Source: Tubulanus polymorphus (Eukaryota > Animalia > Nemertea). Taken from it: 64,000 nt of DNA. Position numbers and translations under genes: made by a program. Positions 15,601 through 30,600 of the stretch are shown here, in pieces. The stretch is taken from positions 16,988,110 through 17,052,109 of the forward strand of contig NC_134030.1 in NCBI RefSeq assembly GCF_964204645.1, in the 5' to 3' direction. Under the pieces are notes generated by a model. It searched no databases. It worked only from the letters and a program-made list of their open reading frames with translations, and had not been told where the DNA came from. Numbering within the stretch: position 1 is the first letter of the stretch; every line of letters begins with the position of its first letter.

Positions 15601-18600
15601 CCTACTACCGGTAATCAGAAGTTGAAGAAAATCGAATGGCTGTAACCCAGCACCACAAGCAACACCTGTTCAGTGCTGCCAAGTGTCCTGATTTTGGCAG
15701 AATTGTTAAAGAAAAATGCGAGGTTCTGACTTGTGCTTGAAAAATAGGATGGTAGAATACGTATGTCCTGATATTACGATTTTTAGGCCAGGCGTAGGCT
15801 GAGCCTATTACTATACAAATGGAGCGAATATAAATGACATGGTTTCCAGAGCAAAGGCTCTTTTAATGTGCAACTGAGCATATATATTCATAAAAATCAT
15901 TCATTAAAGCATTATCCATTCTCAAAACTCTACGTAGCTGAATTTTGAAAGAGGGCCTTGTTTAAATTTATATGAGCTTTTTCGCGAATATCTGATCGCA
16001 AAAATATTGGTTTTTAAAAGCCAATCAGAAAGCATTGACTCCTCGATGATTGGCTTAGCCGCAGAAATCAGCAGGTGTTCAGGTGAACCCGCGGAATCGT
16101 CTACCGTTTTACTTCCGAGTTTTATTTTAAGATCTAAAATTGTATTTCAAGATCGATTTCTGTGAAAGCTTTAGTTGATTTGGTTTTTGGGAGGAATATT
16201 TTTATTAGCACTACAGAAAATATCATTGGCCATTTTGCAAAGTCCGGGAAAAATAGCTTTTTCCTAAATCGGATAGATGACCTTGATATGCTAATTAGCC
16301 ATGTGCTCAAACTACAAATTCAATCAAATTTTATTCCACAAAAAATATTAAATCCAATTCAATTATACTTTATTGAACAAATTAAAACATCAAATCCAAT
16401 TCAATTTTGTTTTATTGAGCAAATTTCAGAAAATTCAATTCTATTCCGCATTAAAATCAATAAGACCAAGGGAAAAGATTTATCTGAGGTATTTGTTCCT
16501 GCCAGATCCAGTTGCTATCTGTGCTACTTTTGTATTCTACGATTGTATTGTGTGAATTATTAGGTATTGACTCTCAGCTGGGAGTGTGATTTGACAAATT
16601 TAACCCACAGAATGCATCATCATTTGCCATTTTATGAAAAGCTGACAGGCTGGCTATAGTGCCCCTTGGGGCTCTTGTTCTGGTCATTTATGATTTCCAT
16701 AAACGACTCACAGATTTTCTTTTCTTGTTTGCACTTCAATCATAAAAATCTTCATTTAAAAGATATCGTGAGCCACCAGATTCTCAATGGTGTCAACTTG
16801 GCTGCTCCATCCACTGGCTTGATGAGGTCCCATTACTATGGCAAGTGAGAATGTTGGAGTATGGTGGTCACGACAGTTGTATTTAAAAGTGATACTGACT
16901 TCACTGCGGTCATGGAGGACTCAGAACCACCAACAAAGAAGAAAATGATGCAGCAGTTCGTTAAAATTTATAGGACCTCTATCGCGAATATCTGAATGCA
17001 AAAATATCTGTTTTAAAAAGCCAATCAGAAAGCAAGGATTCCTATGTGATTGGCTTAGCCACAGAGATCAGCAGGTGTTCACGTGAATCCGCGTTATTGT
17101 CTACTGTTGTGTTTTACTTCCGGGTTTTATTTTAAGATTTAAAATTGTATTTCAAGGTCGATTTCTGTGAAGTCTTAAATTGATATGGTTTTTGGGAGGA
17201 ATATTTTTATTTGCCCTACAGAAAATATCATTGACAATTTTGCAAAGTCCTGGGGAAATCGATTTTCTCAAATCGGATGTAAGACCTTGATATGATATAG
17301 CCATGTGCTCAAACTGCAATTAATTCTATTTAATCAGGTGAAAGTTTTATTTGGCTGTTACTCCTTTAACCACTGAAAATATGAAAAAAAGTTAAAGGAG
17401 GAATTTGATAATCATCCGGTTGGAATACTCTAGCCACAGTAGCGTTGTCAGTACCTCATTTAATTATAAGTCCTGTGAGTTTTCTCCTATAGGCCTATCC
17501 ATTTTTCTAAGACTAGTTTGATAATTGTTAGATTTGGAATCTAAAAACCGGTTCTTATTACATTGAAAATGAACTGACTTTCAAGTTCATTTTCAATGCA
17601 TAAGATGAGGTAAAACTTTATTCTCCTGACTACTGTATATAACTAAGCATGTAATTGCGCCATCTGGTGAGCGCAGTTGGTTCCTGAATTGAACTTTTAT
17701 TAACAAAATAATCAATTGAAAAACAAATTATTAATTTTTTTGTAGATTTTTGCGAAGAGAAAAAGAGATCTCGGAAACTAAATTCGATGTCGTGAAATCC
17801 GAATCGAATCGTCTGAAACAACAAATACAAATGACCGAGGTTCAGGTGACTGAACTGAAAAAACAAATCGGTGAAGAACGAGAAAAATCACAGGTATTTT
17901 ATGAAAACAAGACCTGTCCCGGCAGACCCCAGACCCAGATATGTCCATATAGAGCCATATCCCAGAAATGGCTCTGCAAAACCCAGACCTGTCCCTGCAG
18001 ACTCCAAACCTGTCCCTTCAGAACCGAGACCTGTCCATCAGACCCCTGTCCTACCCTTTTAGAACCAGTTCACCAGGACTTGGCAGTTCTGCCAGGATAT
18101 TGTTCCAAAATAGGGCTTCAACTTCAGATATTGATTTTTGAGGCCAACATGAGCTTAACCTGAAGTAAAGTGTTAAACCCAACCCTTATTCTCTAGCTGC
18201 CTCATTGAAATTCTCCATTGAAAATGTAAAACTAAATGAACTCCCATTTTTTGTAGATAAGTGTTCAGACAGCCTTGGAGCATGCCGACTTGATGTTGAA
18301 GGTCGAAAAGATGAACTTGTTGACGGACAGTAATTACATGTTGCGTGAAGAGAACAGTCAGCTGAAACAACAACTGAGAACAGCTGAGGTCAAGGTAGGA
18401 TCCATCAGTGTGAAAATGAATATACTGTAGACCACTTTCAGCCACAGAGCTAATTGATTGCCTCTGATTATCACCTGCCCCAAGTTCTACTTACCACAGC
18501 ACCGTTTGCCCTGAGTCAATGCCTCTGATTATCGGGTGCCCCACATAAAATTTTTTTCGGGTTTGTGTGATTGTGCCCACCTTTGTTCCAACTGTCCTGG

Positions 18601-21600
18601 AATTCGCTCCTTTGGTGGCCCAGAGAAACATTATTGGTCCATTGAGATCTGAGGCAAATGCACTGTCAACTGTGGACAGAATATGCAACATTTCAAAAGT
18701 TAAACTTTTTTCACAGGAAAATAAGTCTGAAGATGACATGGCCAAACTCCGCGAGAAGATTAATTCAACAGAACAAACCCAGGTGGCACTACAGGCTGAG
18801 AAATCAGCGTTACAAGGGGAAGTTACTCGTTGGAAAAACCGGGTGAATCAGCTCATTGAACAATCCAATAAAAAAGATCCGGAAGAGCTTAAACGTCTGC
18901 AGTAAGTATTAAAATTCCTTGCATCCCGCCAATAAAAGAGGGCAGACAACTGGCGCCTAGCCAATACTCACGCAGGGAAGAAGATTGGCACCTAGCCAAT
19001 ATGCTGAGGGGCAGGAGATGACACTCCAAACCTGTGGCTGGGAAGAAGATGGGCAGTTAGGTAATATTCATCCTTGACCTGAATATATAGCCCTTGACCT
19101 GAAAAAAACCTTTGCTGTTATTATTTAAGACAAGAAAAAGACGAGATGCGTAAAACGATTATCAGTTTACGTGAAGAAAACTTCAAACTTCGCACCGAAA
19201 TCACGCAAATGAGTAATATTCATACACATACACAGTAAGTATACACCTCATACACTATTCCAATACACCTCATATGCCATCTCATACACCACTCCCTGAC
19301 ATCCCACTCTTGCAGTAATTTTTCTTGAAAACCACCTTTTTTAACCAGTCACCTCTAAAAAAATGTTACATCCTTTTAGTATGATTATATCTGTATATTT
19401 TCATTTGAGAAAATTGAAAAATCACCCCTTGACTTGTGAGTGCTGTTAAAACGTGACTTGTATTTTCTCATTTCTAGGAATGAATTGTCCTCTGCAAAAC
19501 TTCAAATAGAGAAACTCGTGTAAGTAGTTAATTGTAAAAATCAAACGATCCGAATTTTTGTTTTCCACGTTAAAAAATTTTCTACGAATTTTCAAATTTT
19601 TTTTTTCAGGAAAGATATCAATAATTCTGCAGCGAATAATAAAGATCAGCACAAAAAATTCACTGCAGATATTGAAGAAAAAGCCAAAACAATTGCTCAG
19701 GTGGGTGTTTACAGAGAAAACTGGAACCTGCTAACACCTGTCTAACTCATAAAAAGCAGGAACCCAACAACAAAACAATTGTTCAAGTTGTTTACAGAGA
19801 AATCTGTAACCCCCGAACACGTAACCCCCGAACACCTGACTAACTAGAGAAACCAGGAACCCCCGAACACCAGTTGTCTAACTCAAGAGAAAACAGGAAC
19901 CCTCTAACACCTGTGTAATTCAGAGAAAATTTGAATATTTGCGTTTTGTTTTTTCGGTTACGCAGTTGCGAAGAGTGGGACGAAAATACCGTCAACAAGC
20001 AGAAGACGCGCAAAAAGCAAGCGATGCAATGAAAGAGAAAATGGCGTCCGATGACGCGGCTAAAGGTACGAATGACTCAAAAGTTCAGACGCTCGAACAA
20101 GAGGTTACGACCCTGACTGAAAATGCGAAACAATTTGACGCGGTGAAAATGGAAAATGAACGGAAGCTGAAAATGGCGAATGATGAGATTCAACAGTTGA
20201 AGTCTCAAATTCAAATGCTCACATCACAAAAGACCCAAACAGAACAACAGATTCAGACAGTTACATCGCAACTCGAGGAAAAGCAGAAGGTAATGTAAAT
20301 TGATTAAGATTTTAACCCTTAGGCCCCTGTCTGCTACTTCAACTGACAGCTACTGAAATGACTTGAACCTTCAACCTATGTCTGCAAGCAAGGATTCTAA
20401 TTCAACTCAAATTTGACACTGAGGAAATGGCTTCTCATAGCATGAGTCTTAGCACCAACCTAAGCCAGCTAATGCGGAAATGGCACCACCAAACACTCGT
20501 TCATTCATTAAAAAAGTCAATTAATTTTCAATGAAATTTGAACTTGATTCTAAGGCTTTAAATCTGAAGATAATCAAGTCATCGAATAAGTATGGTACAC
20601 TTTCTCACTCATTTTATGGTATAGATTTTACTGAATGTTGATTTACTAACCAGAAAAATTGACTAAAATTTAATTGAATTATAGAAGAATTTGAAACGCG
20701 CAAACCCAGTCGCTATCCTTACTCCTGAATCTTCACTTTCCTCAGTGGCATTGTCATTGAGAACAAATCGAGGGTAGTGCATTTTTTTTCCAAAATTCAG
20801 CTATCTTTCATTTTCCCGTTTAGGAAATGAAACAAGAGGTGGATCTGTTAGCAAAGTTACAAGCAGATAAAGTCGAGGACGAAAGGAAACTCGCACAACA
20901 GCGGAATTTACTGCAACAGATGAAAGTACGTTTCAACTCGCAGCGGGAAGAGATTGAGAAACTGAAGTCATCTGCTGGGGACACAGACACGGAGCAGACA
21001 TCAACACGAATCGATCAATTAGAAAAAGAAGTGCAGGAAATGAAAGAGAAATTGAAACAAAAAACAGATGAGGCTTTCACGCTTCAATCTCAGGTATTGA
21101 TCGCATGGGAGATAAATTCTTGACTATCAAATCCCCTCCGCTCTCCCTATTACCATCCTCGCTCTATCTCCCTCCTCTTACCATCCTCTCTGTCCCCCTC
21201 TAACTATCCTCTCTCCTTTTGCCACACCCCCTCCGTCTGTCCTCTGATCATGTTTTTATGTTCGATTATATTTTTAAAATCGCTTTCTCTACCTCTTCAC
21301 TTCCTATCTCTCCTATCTCGGCCCCTTACTATCCTCTCTCATTTCTCCCTTTTCCTCTCTATCTCCCTATCCTCTCTTCCCCTTTAACTACACTCCCTCT
21401 TCATTCCTTCATTTCTTTGCTCTCATCTCTTGATAAGTTTATTAATATTTTCATTGCAGGTTGAACATCTTCAGAAAGAACGTGATTCACGTTCAAAACA
21501 ATCTCAGAAGCTGACAACAGCTACCGTCGAAATGTAAGATTTGTTTTAACACAATTAAAGATCATTGCCTCACGGCCAAGCTTCATCAAGTTTTGAAATC

Positions 21601-24600
21601 TTTAGGCCAGTCATAGGTCGAGCCTATTACTATGAAAATGGAGTCAATTTGAATGTCTTTGTTTCCGGATGAAAGGCTTTTTTGCTGTGCAAATGAGCAT
21701 AGATTCATACAAGTCATTCATTAAAGCATTATCCAATCTCCAATTTTTAGGAAGTTGAATTTTGAACAAGGGCCTCGTTTAAATTTAAGTTTTTAGGGAA
21801 AAATGGAGCGCAAAAATATCACTTTTAAAAAGCCAATCAGAAATCAAAGCCTTTTCTAATCCATTTCAATTTTATCAGCTCCGCTGTGAGCCGTCGTCTG
21901 TTCGTTCGTTCGTGCATGCGTGTGTGCGTGCGTCCGTCCGTCAACTTTTCCTTCAAATCGCTACTAGTCCTACAGTTTTAATCGGTTCAATTCCAAATTT
22001 GGTATGAATGTTCTATGGACCTAGGCCTACAAAGTTACAGAGCGATTTTTTGAATTTGTCCCCCAGGGGCGCCCCCTGGGGGTGTAGTTTCTATTTCTTC
22101 AAATCGCTACTTGTTCTACAGTTTTAATCGGATCAATTCCAAATTTGGTATGAATGTTCTATGGACCTAGGCCTACAAAGTTACGGAGCGATTTTTTGGA
22201 TTTGCCCCCCAGGTGCGCCCCTGGGGTTGGAGTTCCTATTTCTTCAAATCGCTACTTGTCCTACAGTTTAAATCAGATCAATTCCAAATTTGGGATGAAT
22301 GTTCTATGGACCTAGGCCTATAAAGTTACAGAGCCATTTTTTTTATTCATCCCCCAGGGGGCGCCCCTGGGGTTGGAGTTCATATTCTAATTGCTTCTAG
22401 TCCTAAAGTTTCAATCAGATCAATTCCAAATTTGGTATGAATGTTCTATGGACCAAGGCCTATAAAGTTACAGAGCATTTTTTGGATTCTTCCCCAGGGG
22501 TCGCCCCTTGGGGTAGAGTTTCTATTTCTTCAAAGTGCTACTAGTCCTACAGTTTTAATCAGATCAAGTCGAAATTTGGTATGAATGTTCTATGGACCAA
22601 TACCTACTAAGTACAGAGCCCTTTTTGGATTTGGCCAAAAGCGGGCACCCCTAGGTATGCAGGTTCCATTTCTTCAAATCACACAGCCGATAGGCTCCTT
22701 GTTCCCATTTCAAATCAATAAGACAAAGGGAAAAGTTTGATCTGAAGTATTCGTTCCTGCCATCTGTACTACTTATTAAGACACAGTTGTTCTGGGTGAA
22801 TAACAATTGAGCGTGGGAGACTGTTTTGGCAAATATAACCCACATAGTGCATCATTTATGAAAAGCTGAGGCTAGCCGTAGTGCTTGTTTAAACAGTTTA
22901 CTCCAATTTCTAGCGTGCCCAGCCAACAGAAACCAGCACCACGTGCCAACATTCAACCAATCCCTACACCGTCACCGTCATCCGTACAATCAGGCGCAAT
23001 GCCCAGTTCGAAAGTAACAGCCAGTATTCGACCGATGGCGATCACTACTCCCGGTCCATCAACTGTCGTTGTGACCACGCCAACAGCTACTGTCATGCCA
23101 CTGCAGGACCAAGGTATGTCAATATGCAAACAGCGATACTTACATGGATTGTGGCCACTCTGAAATATCGTCGAGGAGAATTATCGGGTTCATTCGTATT
23201 TCGTTTTCAGCAGATGATAACAATCGTACGGCGCTGGAACTACGACCAGTGCCGCCTATACAGACTGTATCGCCGCTCCCCGAGGGTACGTCTGCTGCTG
23301 TTGCTACTACTACTGCCACACCGCTCGGTAAGAACTCTACCCATCTCTCCCTCCGTCCTTACCACTTCTCTGTCCTTCCTCACATCCCCCAAACTTGATT
23401 TGTTAGTTCATTTTCAACTATTAACCCTTTCATTGTGTCTGTCTATAGTACAGTGTATAAATCAGTGGGCTTTGCTAGTACACCACATCGCAGTGTACAG
23501 TAAAACCTCCCTTAGGGAACACCTCTACTTAGTGAACACATCCCTTAGTGAACACTTTTTGCCCGGAACCAAATTTTCCCTACTCGTTTCCAATTAAACA
23601 GAACCTCATTTAGTGAACACCTCTCTATAGTTAACAGTGAACACTTTTTCTGGTACCAAATGAGCATTTTACCTCTCTATAGTGAACAGTGGTCCCATTC
23701 CAGAATATCTAGACAGTCAAAGTTTGCTAGTAGACTCATTGTTATCAGTATTTAGGTGTTCTTCATATATGTACATAACTCATGGTCATTCAATGGCTAG
23801 TGGTCTTTAATAGTCCTTAGGCAGTACTAATTAGATTAATTTGTGACTACAATTATGAATGGACAGCCGTTATTGTTTTTTTTGGTTAATGCTTAATATA
23901 GGGGGGTAGTTATTCAAACTGCTGGTAGGTGGCAGGGTGGGGTGGCACAAATATGTGCTACCTCTATTTAGTGAACACCTCTCTATAGTGAATAATTTCT
24001 TCGGAACCCCAAACATTCATTATAGAGGTTATACTGTATTGCTGTTGTTAGTAATCAGGTTTTATCTCTTTTGAACGATTGCAACACCTGTCAAACATGG
24101 TGAAATATTAGCAACTAAAGGATATACTGAACCATGGTGTAGGTGCTCTAAAGCTGTATGCTCCATTATTCAACACACTGAGATGGAATTTGTTAGAATT
24201 TTCAAACTATCTCCAGCACTCTTTTAAGGAATTTATAGCACTTTAAGGGTTTATGTCTTTGGTTCCTGAACTCATGCCGTAGTCAGAGATTGATGTGAAA
24301 AACATAGTGAAAAAAATTCTTTAAGTTGATGTCAAAAATTATGGAAAATTATTGATCATTTCAGCAACGGAGCCATCAACCCACGAGCCAGCAGTGCCCT
24401 TTACATCAACAGACGCAGGTCCATCTGCTGCTTTAAAACGAACGCGAGAAGATTCAGACGGGTGAGTTTTACCTGTCCGGGGGCTGGTTGCGCAGTTGTG
24501 GCTTCAGTCCAAAAGTGGTCTTAAATCTAGTATGTTTGTATGGTTCATCTGCCTGAGAGAAATTGGTTGATTAGATACAAGATGGCCGTCCTGTGACCTT

Positions 24601-27600
24601 TCTTGTACCCAAAATGGACATTTTTGGCCTGAATCCCGAGACCTGTAGCTTCCTCTTGGATGGAATTTTTCATTGAAATTTGTGATGAATATAGCAAGGG
24701 ATTTTACACATATCTGACAGATCTTTTGATCCGTCAAGCATTATGCTATTGGCAGCCATCTTTGTACTCATCAGTCCTCATTTGTAGAAACGTTTCTTGA
24801 GGAAAATTGAGCAGATTTTTAGCCCAGACTATATGTATATTGAAGGACAAGACCAGCAATTTTCATATCTAGACTAAATTGTAATGATGCTGGCTTGTTT
24901 ACACCAGGGAAGGGATCCCACCTCTCTGAAAAGACTGGCTTTTCTGTATTGTAAATGACTGTCATTCTGCGCTTCTGTGCGTTCAGAAACATTTGATATT
25001 AGTAGTATGGATGAAGGTTTACATGTGGTTTGACGTATTCAATCATTAGCTTTCTCCTTGATGACCTACGTTGCCTGTTTCTAGGGGTAACAGGTAAAAA
25101 GAATTTGAGAAAACCTTGTCTAACACAGTTTTTGTTCATTTTCCTTAAAGAGTTGGCAATTAAGTCATACAACCAGCTGTTGAAACCATACGGGCTCCGC
25201 AAAGAGCGGTCATTTAGTTAGGATATTGGCAGGAGGAGGCTAACTTTGAAATCTTTGTTTTCAAAAGTTAACGACTGCCACCAACGAACAAAGGTCTTTA
25301 ACCAGCACTACTGGAAGCATGATGTTTACATTCTAAAAAGTTACTAATGTCTTTAATGCCCATAAAATAAATTCAAACACAGTCAATCACCCAATATCTA
25401 AGTATTTTCATATTATTTTGGTATCCATGCATACTGAAATTAATTGTAAAATTGTACCTTGTAACATGTTCTCTGATTGAGGTGAGTTTCAAGTTCATTG
25501 GTTCTTATAGTTACCTGGGTGTTGAATAGCTTAATACCTTAGTATTATATCGGTACCTAGGCGTATTTTGTATCCATAATCAATTGCAAAATTCTAGGAT
25601 TGTGGTGAGTTTTAAAGGTCTGTTTGTTGAGCATTTCAAACCACTCCCCAAGTGGGTGTGGCGTACATCATATAGTGTACATCTTATGCTCTGCCAATAA
25701 GAAAATTTGATCCCTACTATCCACTTACCGTATTTTCCGCCCAATAAGCCGATTTTGTAGCCTCAGAATTTACCCCCTAAAAATTGGGGTCGGCTTATTC
25801 GCCGGTAATATCTTAAACCTAAAAGTTACTTAGCTCATTTATGCCAGCGACTACTCCGAGCAATGCCGTCAGTGGTCTGTGTACCTCACCCGTATGATTG
25901 ATCGCACCAACAATGTCATTAGACGTAGGATATAAATGATACCAGGTAAGTATGATACATTACCGGATCATTTTATTTATCATATGTGTAAATAGATAAA
26001 GCAGGGATCTGATTTTTCCGGCTTAAACCGGATTTCCGGCCTTTGGGACCAAAATATTGACCTCCTGGGATTTGCACAGATCCGTTGAGAGAAGTGGGGG
26101 GGGGGAGGGGGTGAGGTACTCTGCTGACTGACGATTGGTACCGGTGAGCCATAAAAGCGTTCAAGACCGGACAATCAGAAGTCTTTTTTTGCGCTGGATG
26201 GTTGCGCTGCTGTCAGAATTTGATGACGATCGACGACCCTCGAGCTATTAATAGACAGTGTTCGCTCACGTAATGCTAAAAAATGGCTTTTATGGCCCGT
26301 GGCGCCACCTACTGTATTTTGATATGCTAATGAGCAGGTGATGACGTCACTGTAACGTTTCAGAGTGTCCGCGGAGCAGATTTTCAGCATTACGCGAGCG
26401 TATGCTGAGTAAACTATCGCTCATAAATGAAAACAAAAACAACTGTAGTGAAAATTGTTGTTTATTTCTGAATGGAATTCCTCACTGAACAAATTGATGC
26501 GTAATAAAGGTAGATAAACCGATTATTAACGAAATTACGGACCAAAACGTCGCACGGAGAGTAGGTGTGACAGACAGTAGTTGTCTATTTCCTGGTTAGA
26601 ATTAGGAACATCGTATTTCCGTCGAGTACTGTACCCTTTCCTATGGTTTTTGCCAATATTTTCTAAATTTGGATTTATCGCCAATGGTTTTTCTATACGA
26701 CCCGGCCCTGCGGTATTGCATTTAGCCACTGGCGAAATCTGCATCTTTTTTCTTGGCGTTCTCGCAGTAGAACGCGTTGGATTTTTTCGCCGTAAAAATC
26801 TGGGAATTAGGATATTAGGGAGTTTTCACTCTCATAACGGTGAGTCCGTTCGGTTTGGGGGTCATCCCTGGTTTCTTTTTTTTTCCGTAAGAATTTTATT
26901 TACAAATATAATTTGATTGAATTGAATTGTTTTGATATGTAACCGGATAATTATGCCACCCCCTCCTAAGGGTCAGCATCGTGGCGGGGAGGGATGTGGG
27001 GATTTGTTTGGCGCCTGGGACAACCACGATTCATGTGCGTCGTGCAGGCGCAAATCCGGTCAAATATGTGCAAGGAGCAATCCTTGCAAGATTTGCGTCT
27101 TGTGGTCCGAGGACCTTTGGCTTCGGGCCGATAAGGCTCTTAAACTAAGAGATCGTCGTCGAGTTAGCAGGGATTCGTCGGTTTCGGCCGATGTGCCAAC
27201 CGACGTTTCTAATCCTGTTTCTTATCGTAAAGCGGAGCGGTCGCCGGTCGTTCAGGTACGATCGGCTTCCCAACTCCGTTCACCGGGGAGGAATGCTGGT
27301 TCACCGGCACCGGTCTCCGGTCATTCACCGGTCTCTGGTCGTTCACCGGTTCGGCCGGTTCAGACTACATGTTCGGAACCGAGCGCGCACCGCGGTAGTC
27401 GCGAACGGCCCGCACCGGTTCGGTCTGTACCGGTCCGGTCGGGCATCGGTCCGGTTCGGCCACCGGTCCGGTCCAGACGTCGTCCGGTTCAAAACATCCG
27501 GTACGTTCATCGTCTGATTCTGATCGTCGCTCCGGGGATAGAGCTCGCTCTCCCACTAGATTTAGACGCCGTGAGCGTAATAAACGAGCAAGATCTCGCA

Positions 27601-30600
27601 GATCAAGGTTTGATCGCGAGAGGGACTACGATCGTTATTGTCGGAAGTTTCGCCGTCGGTCTTCTCATCGTTCGTCGACGTCGGTAAGCGATGAAAGCGA
27701 TTCTTCTAGTAGGTCGCGATCCCGTTCGAGGGACCGTCACCGAAGTCGGCATGATCGTCGGGATACTGGAAAATACCTGACTCAGAAGGATTTCCATGTA
27801 TTTGAGGAGAAAATTTTAAACTTGTTATCTTCGTCGTAACAAGTCGCTGCAACTTCTACAACAGGTAAGCCTATTCCTAATTGTCCGGTTAGAAGTTCGC
27901 CAGCCCACTCAGTTTTTCGGAATTCTGACTCTGAATTCCTGGATGCTGCGGTAGGGTCTGATTTCAATGAGGATCCGGTCCCAGAAGCGGCAATTCCTTC
28001 TAGGGTCGTTCCTGTCGCGAGCAATTGTGGGTTGCCCTAGACGATGGGGCTTCCCTGGCTCGCAATGTATCTCCGTCCCGTTCAGTTTTATCCGAACCAG
28101 CGTGGGACATGCCATTTAGAGCGATGATAAGTGAGTTCTTTGTCAAGCACGGGGCAACTCGCGCTAAGCCCACAGCAGCTCCTCTGGTCGGTGAGTCAAT
28201 GGAAGCTTATCGCCCTCCGGACTCCGATCTTAACGTTTTACGGGAATCGTCAGCGGTTTCGAGAGAATGGGCTCGATTGGATACGCAATTATGGGGTGAA
28301 TGTCGGCCTGGAACTTTTTCATTTCCCCCTCCAGAACGGGGTATGAAATCTGGGAAATATTTTAGTTCAACCGATCCACCTATAGGCGCATTTCGCTCGG
28401 CGTATTACGCAACTCCAGGTGCTGTGGATCACAGTCATAACTGCCTGGATGCTGATTATACTTTGATCAGCCCGGATACTGTTACAGCACAGTCGGGTAT
28501 TCGTTTGCCAAAGTCCGGTTTGGTGGCCATGACGTCAATCCTGGACAATCTTACCAGGGTTGGTTCGTTTCAAGATATGGCACTTAAGGTGTTGACGGGT
28601 GAGCTTCGCGAGACTCACGCCGCCGTTCATGCGGGCTCCGAGAGAGTCAGTTGCCCTAAAACTGGAGGGAATGGACCGGATAATCCAATCTTTGGCTCAG
28701 TCTGTTTCGCATGTAATTCCGTTGTCGGTTCGGGGTCAGGCTAATCTGGTGTTAGCCTCCCGTCAGTCAGTGATGGACTCCAGTTCCAAAACTCGTCTAC
28801 CGGATATGGTGTCCAATGCTTTGCTGAGAGCCCCATTGGGGACGTCTTCTCGTCTCTTCTCCGGTTGGTGCGCTCCGGTTTCCGCAGAGCTGAGGAAGAT
28901 TCGGGAGGTTCAGGCCAAGTCCAACCCCCGAACTCCGTGGAAAAAGCGTTCTGGTCCGACGCCGGCGGCGCAAAGTTCGGCACGGACGCAAACAGGACCA
29001 TCTCAAACTTCAGCATTTTCTCAGGCGGCTTTGGATGCCGGTTGGAGAACTAGCGCGCAACTTCAACAATCGTGTCAAGCCTCGTCCGGTCGTAACAGTT
29101 CCGGTTCGTATCGAGGCAAGGGGAAGGCTCCAAAAAGGGGCTCTTCCTTTCGGAAAAACTCGATATGAATTCTTGGGACCAGTTGGAGGTTGTCTGCAGC
29201 AGGCAGCAACCCACTGGTCCGAACTCTTTGGAGACGGTTGGCCCTCCCGGGTCGTCTCTCGTGGCTACCGTCTCCGTTTCCTAAGGCGACGGTGCCTGAT
29301 GAGGTCACCTCCCGACATGCGGCCAAAACCAGGTCAGGAGGCCTTAATCTCTCCGGCTCTCAAGGAACTGGCAGAGAAGGGAGCGATAGAACCAGTTTGC
29401 AACGAAACTTCTCCCGGCTGGTTTTCTCGAATATTCATGGTACCAAAGGCCACAGGGGGTCAACGGACAGTGATAGATCTGTCATCCCTCAATCGGCACC
29501 TAGACATTCCAAGGTTCCGGATGACCAAGCCCAAGGACGTGATTCAAGGGCTCCGTCCGGGTCAATGGGCGGCTTCATTGGACCTGAAAGATGCTTACTT
29601 TCAGGTTCCAATTCACCCAAAATCTCGGCGATTTCTCAGGATAAAGTGGAAAGGCTGCCAGTTCCAATTCAGGTCTCTTCCATTTGGCCTCAGTACGGCC
29701 CCGAGGTTTTCACCAAGTTGGTCAAGTCAGTTCAGAAGGTACTTCAGTCAAGGGGTGTTCGACTGTTCGTTTACCTCGACGACTGGTTAATAGTTTCGGC
29801 TGAGGAATGTCGGGAGGCAATGACCTCAGTCTTGGACTTAGTCCATCAGCTAGGGTTCCGCGTAAACAGGGAAAAATCTCAGTTGACGCCGGCCCAACAG
29901 TTCACTTATCTCGGCATGGACTTCGATCTCCGAATCGGCAAGGTCTTTCCGTCTATGGTTCGAGTAGCCAAACTTCAAGAAGCTGTAGCGGGAGTGTCCA
30001 CAACCCCGAGAACAGCTCGTTACTGGTCACGGCTTCTAGGCTCCATCAGCTCCATGGGTCTGGTGGTGCCCTTAGGCCGCCTCAGAAGCAGGCGCTTGCA
30101 ACAATATTGGAAGGTCTTCTGGTCTCAGTCGAAGGGCAACTGGGAGGCCTTGATTCCCGTACCTCCAACCGTTCTAAGTCCGGATCTTCAGTGGTGGGCG
30201 GCAACTACGAATCTTCGGCTCGAGGTGTCACTAGCCCCGTTAGAGGCTCCAGTTCGTGTATTCACGGATGCCAGTTACCAAGGATGGGGGGCACATCTGG
30301 AGAACCGCGTCAAAGGCGGGAGATGGTCTCGCTACGAGGGCACCAACCACATAAATTTCCTAGAAATGCTGGCCGTGTGGAAGGCCCTGAAGTTCTTTCA
30401 CAGGAGAGTGGAGGGCCACCACGTTTGGTTAGCCACAGACAATTCAACAGTGAGGGCTTACCTTCAGAACCAAGGGGGCACTCACTCAGAAACCCTCACA
30501 GGTCTGTCGGCCAAAATTCTTCTTTGGTGCCAGACAAAGGGCGTGTCCCTGACTGTGGCACATTTAGCAGGGAAAAGGAACGTGATGGCCGATGCTCTGT

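Noticed and set aside
17905-21430. Intronic minisatellites (17905-18050, 19710-19930) and CT-rich tract (21130-21430) extending exon ORFs
   Set aside because: Low-complexity intron sequence downstream of clear GT donors; not coding.
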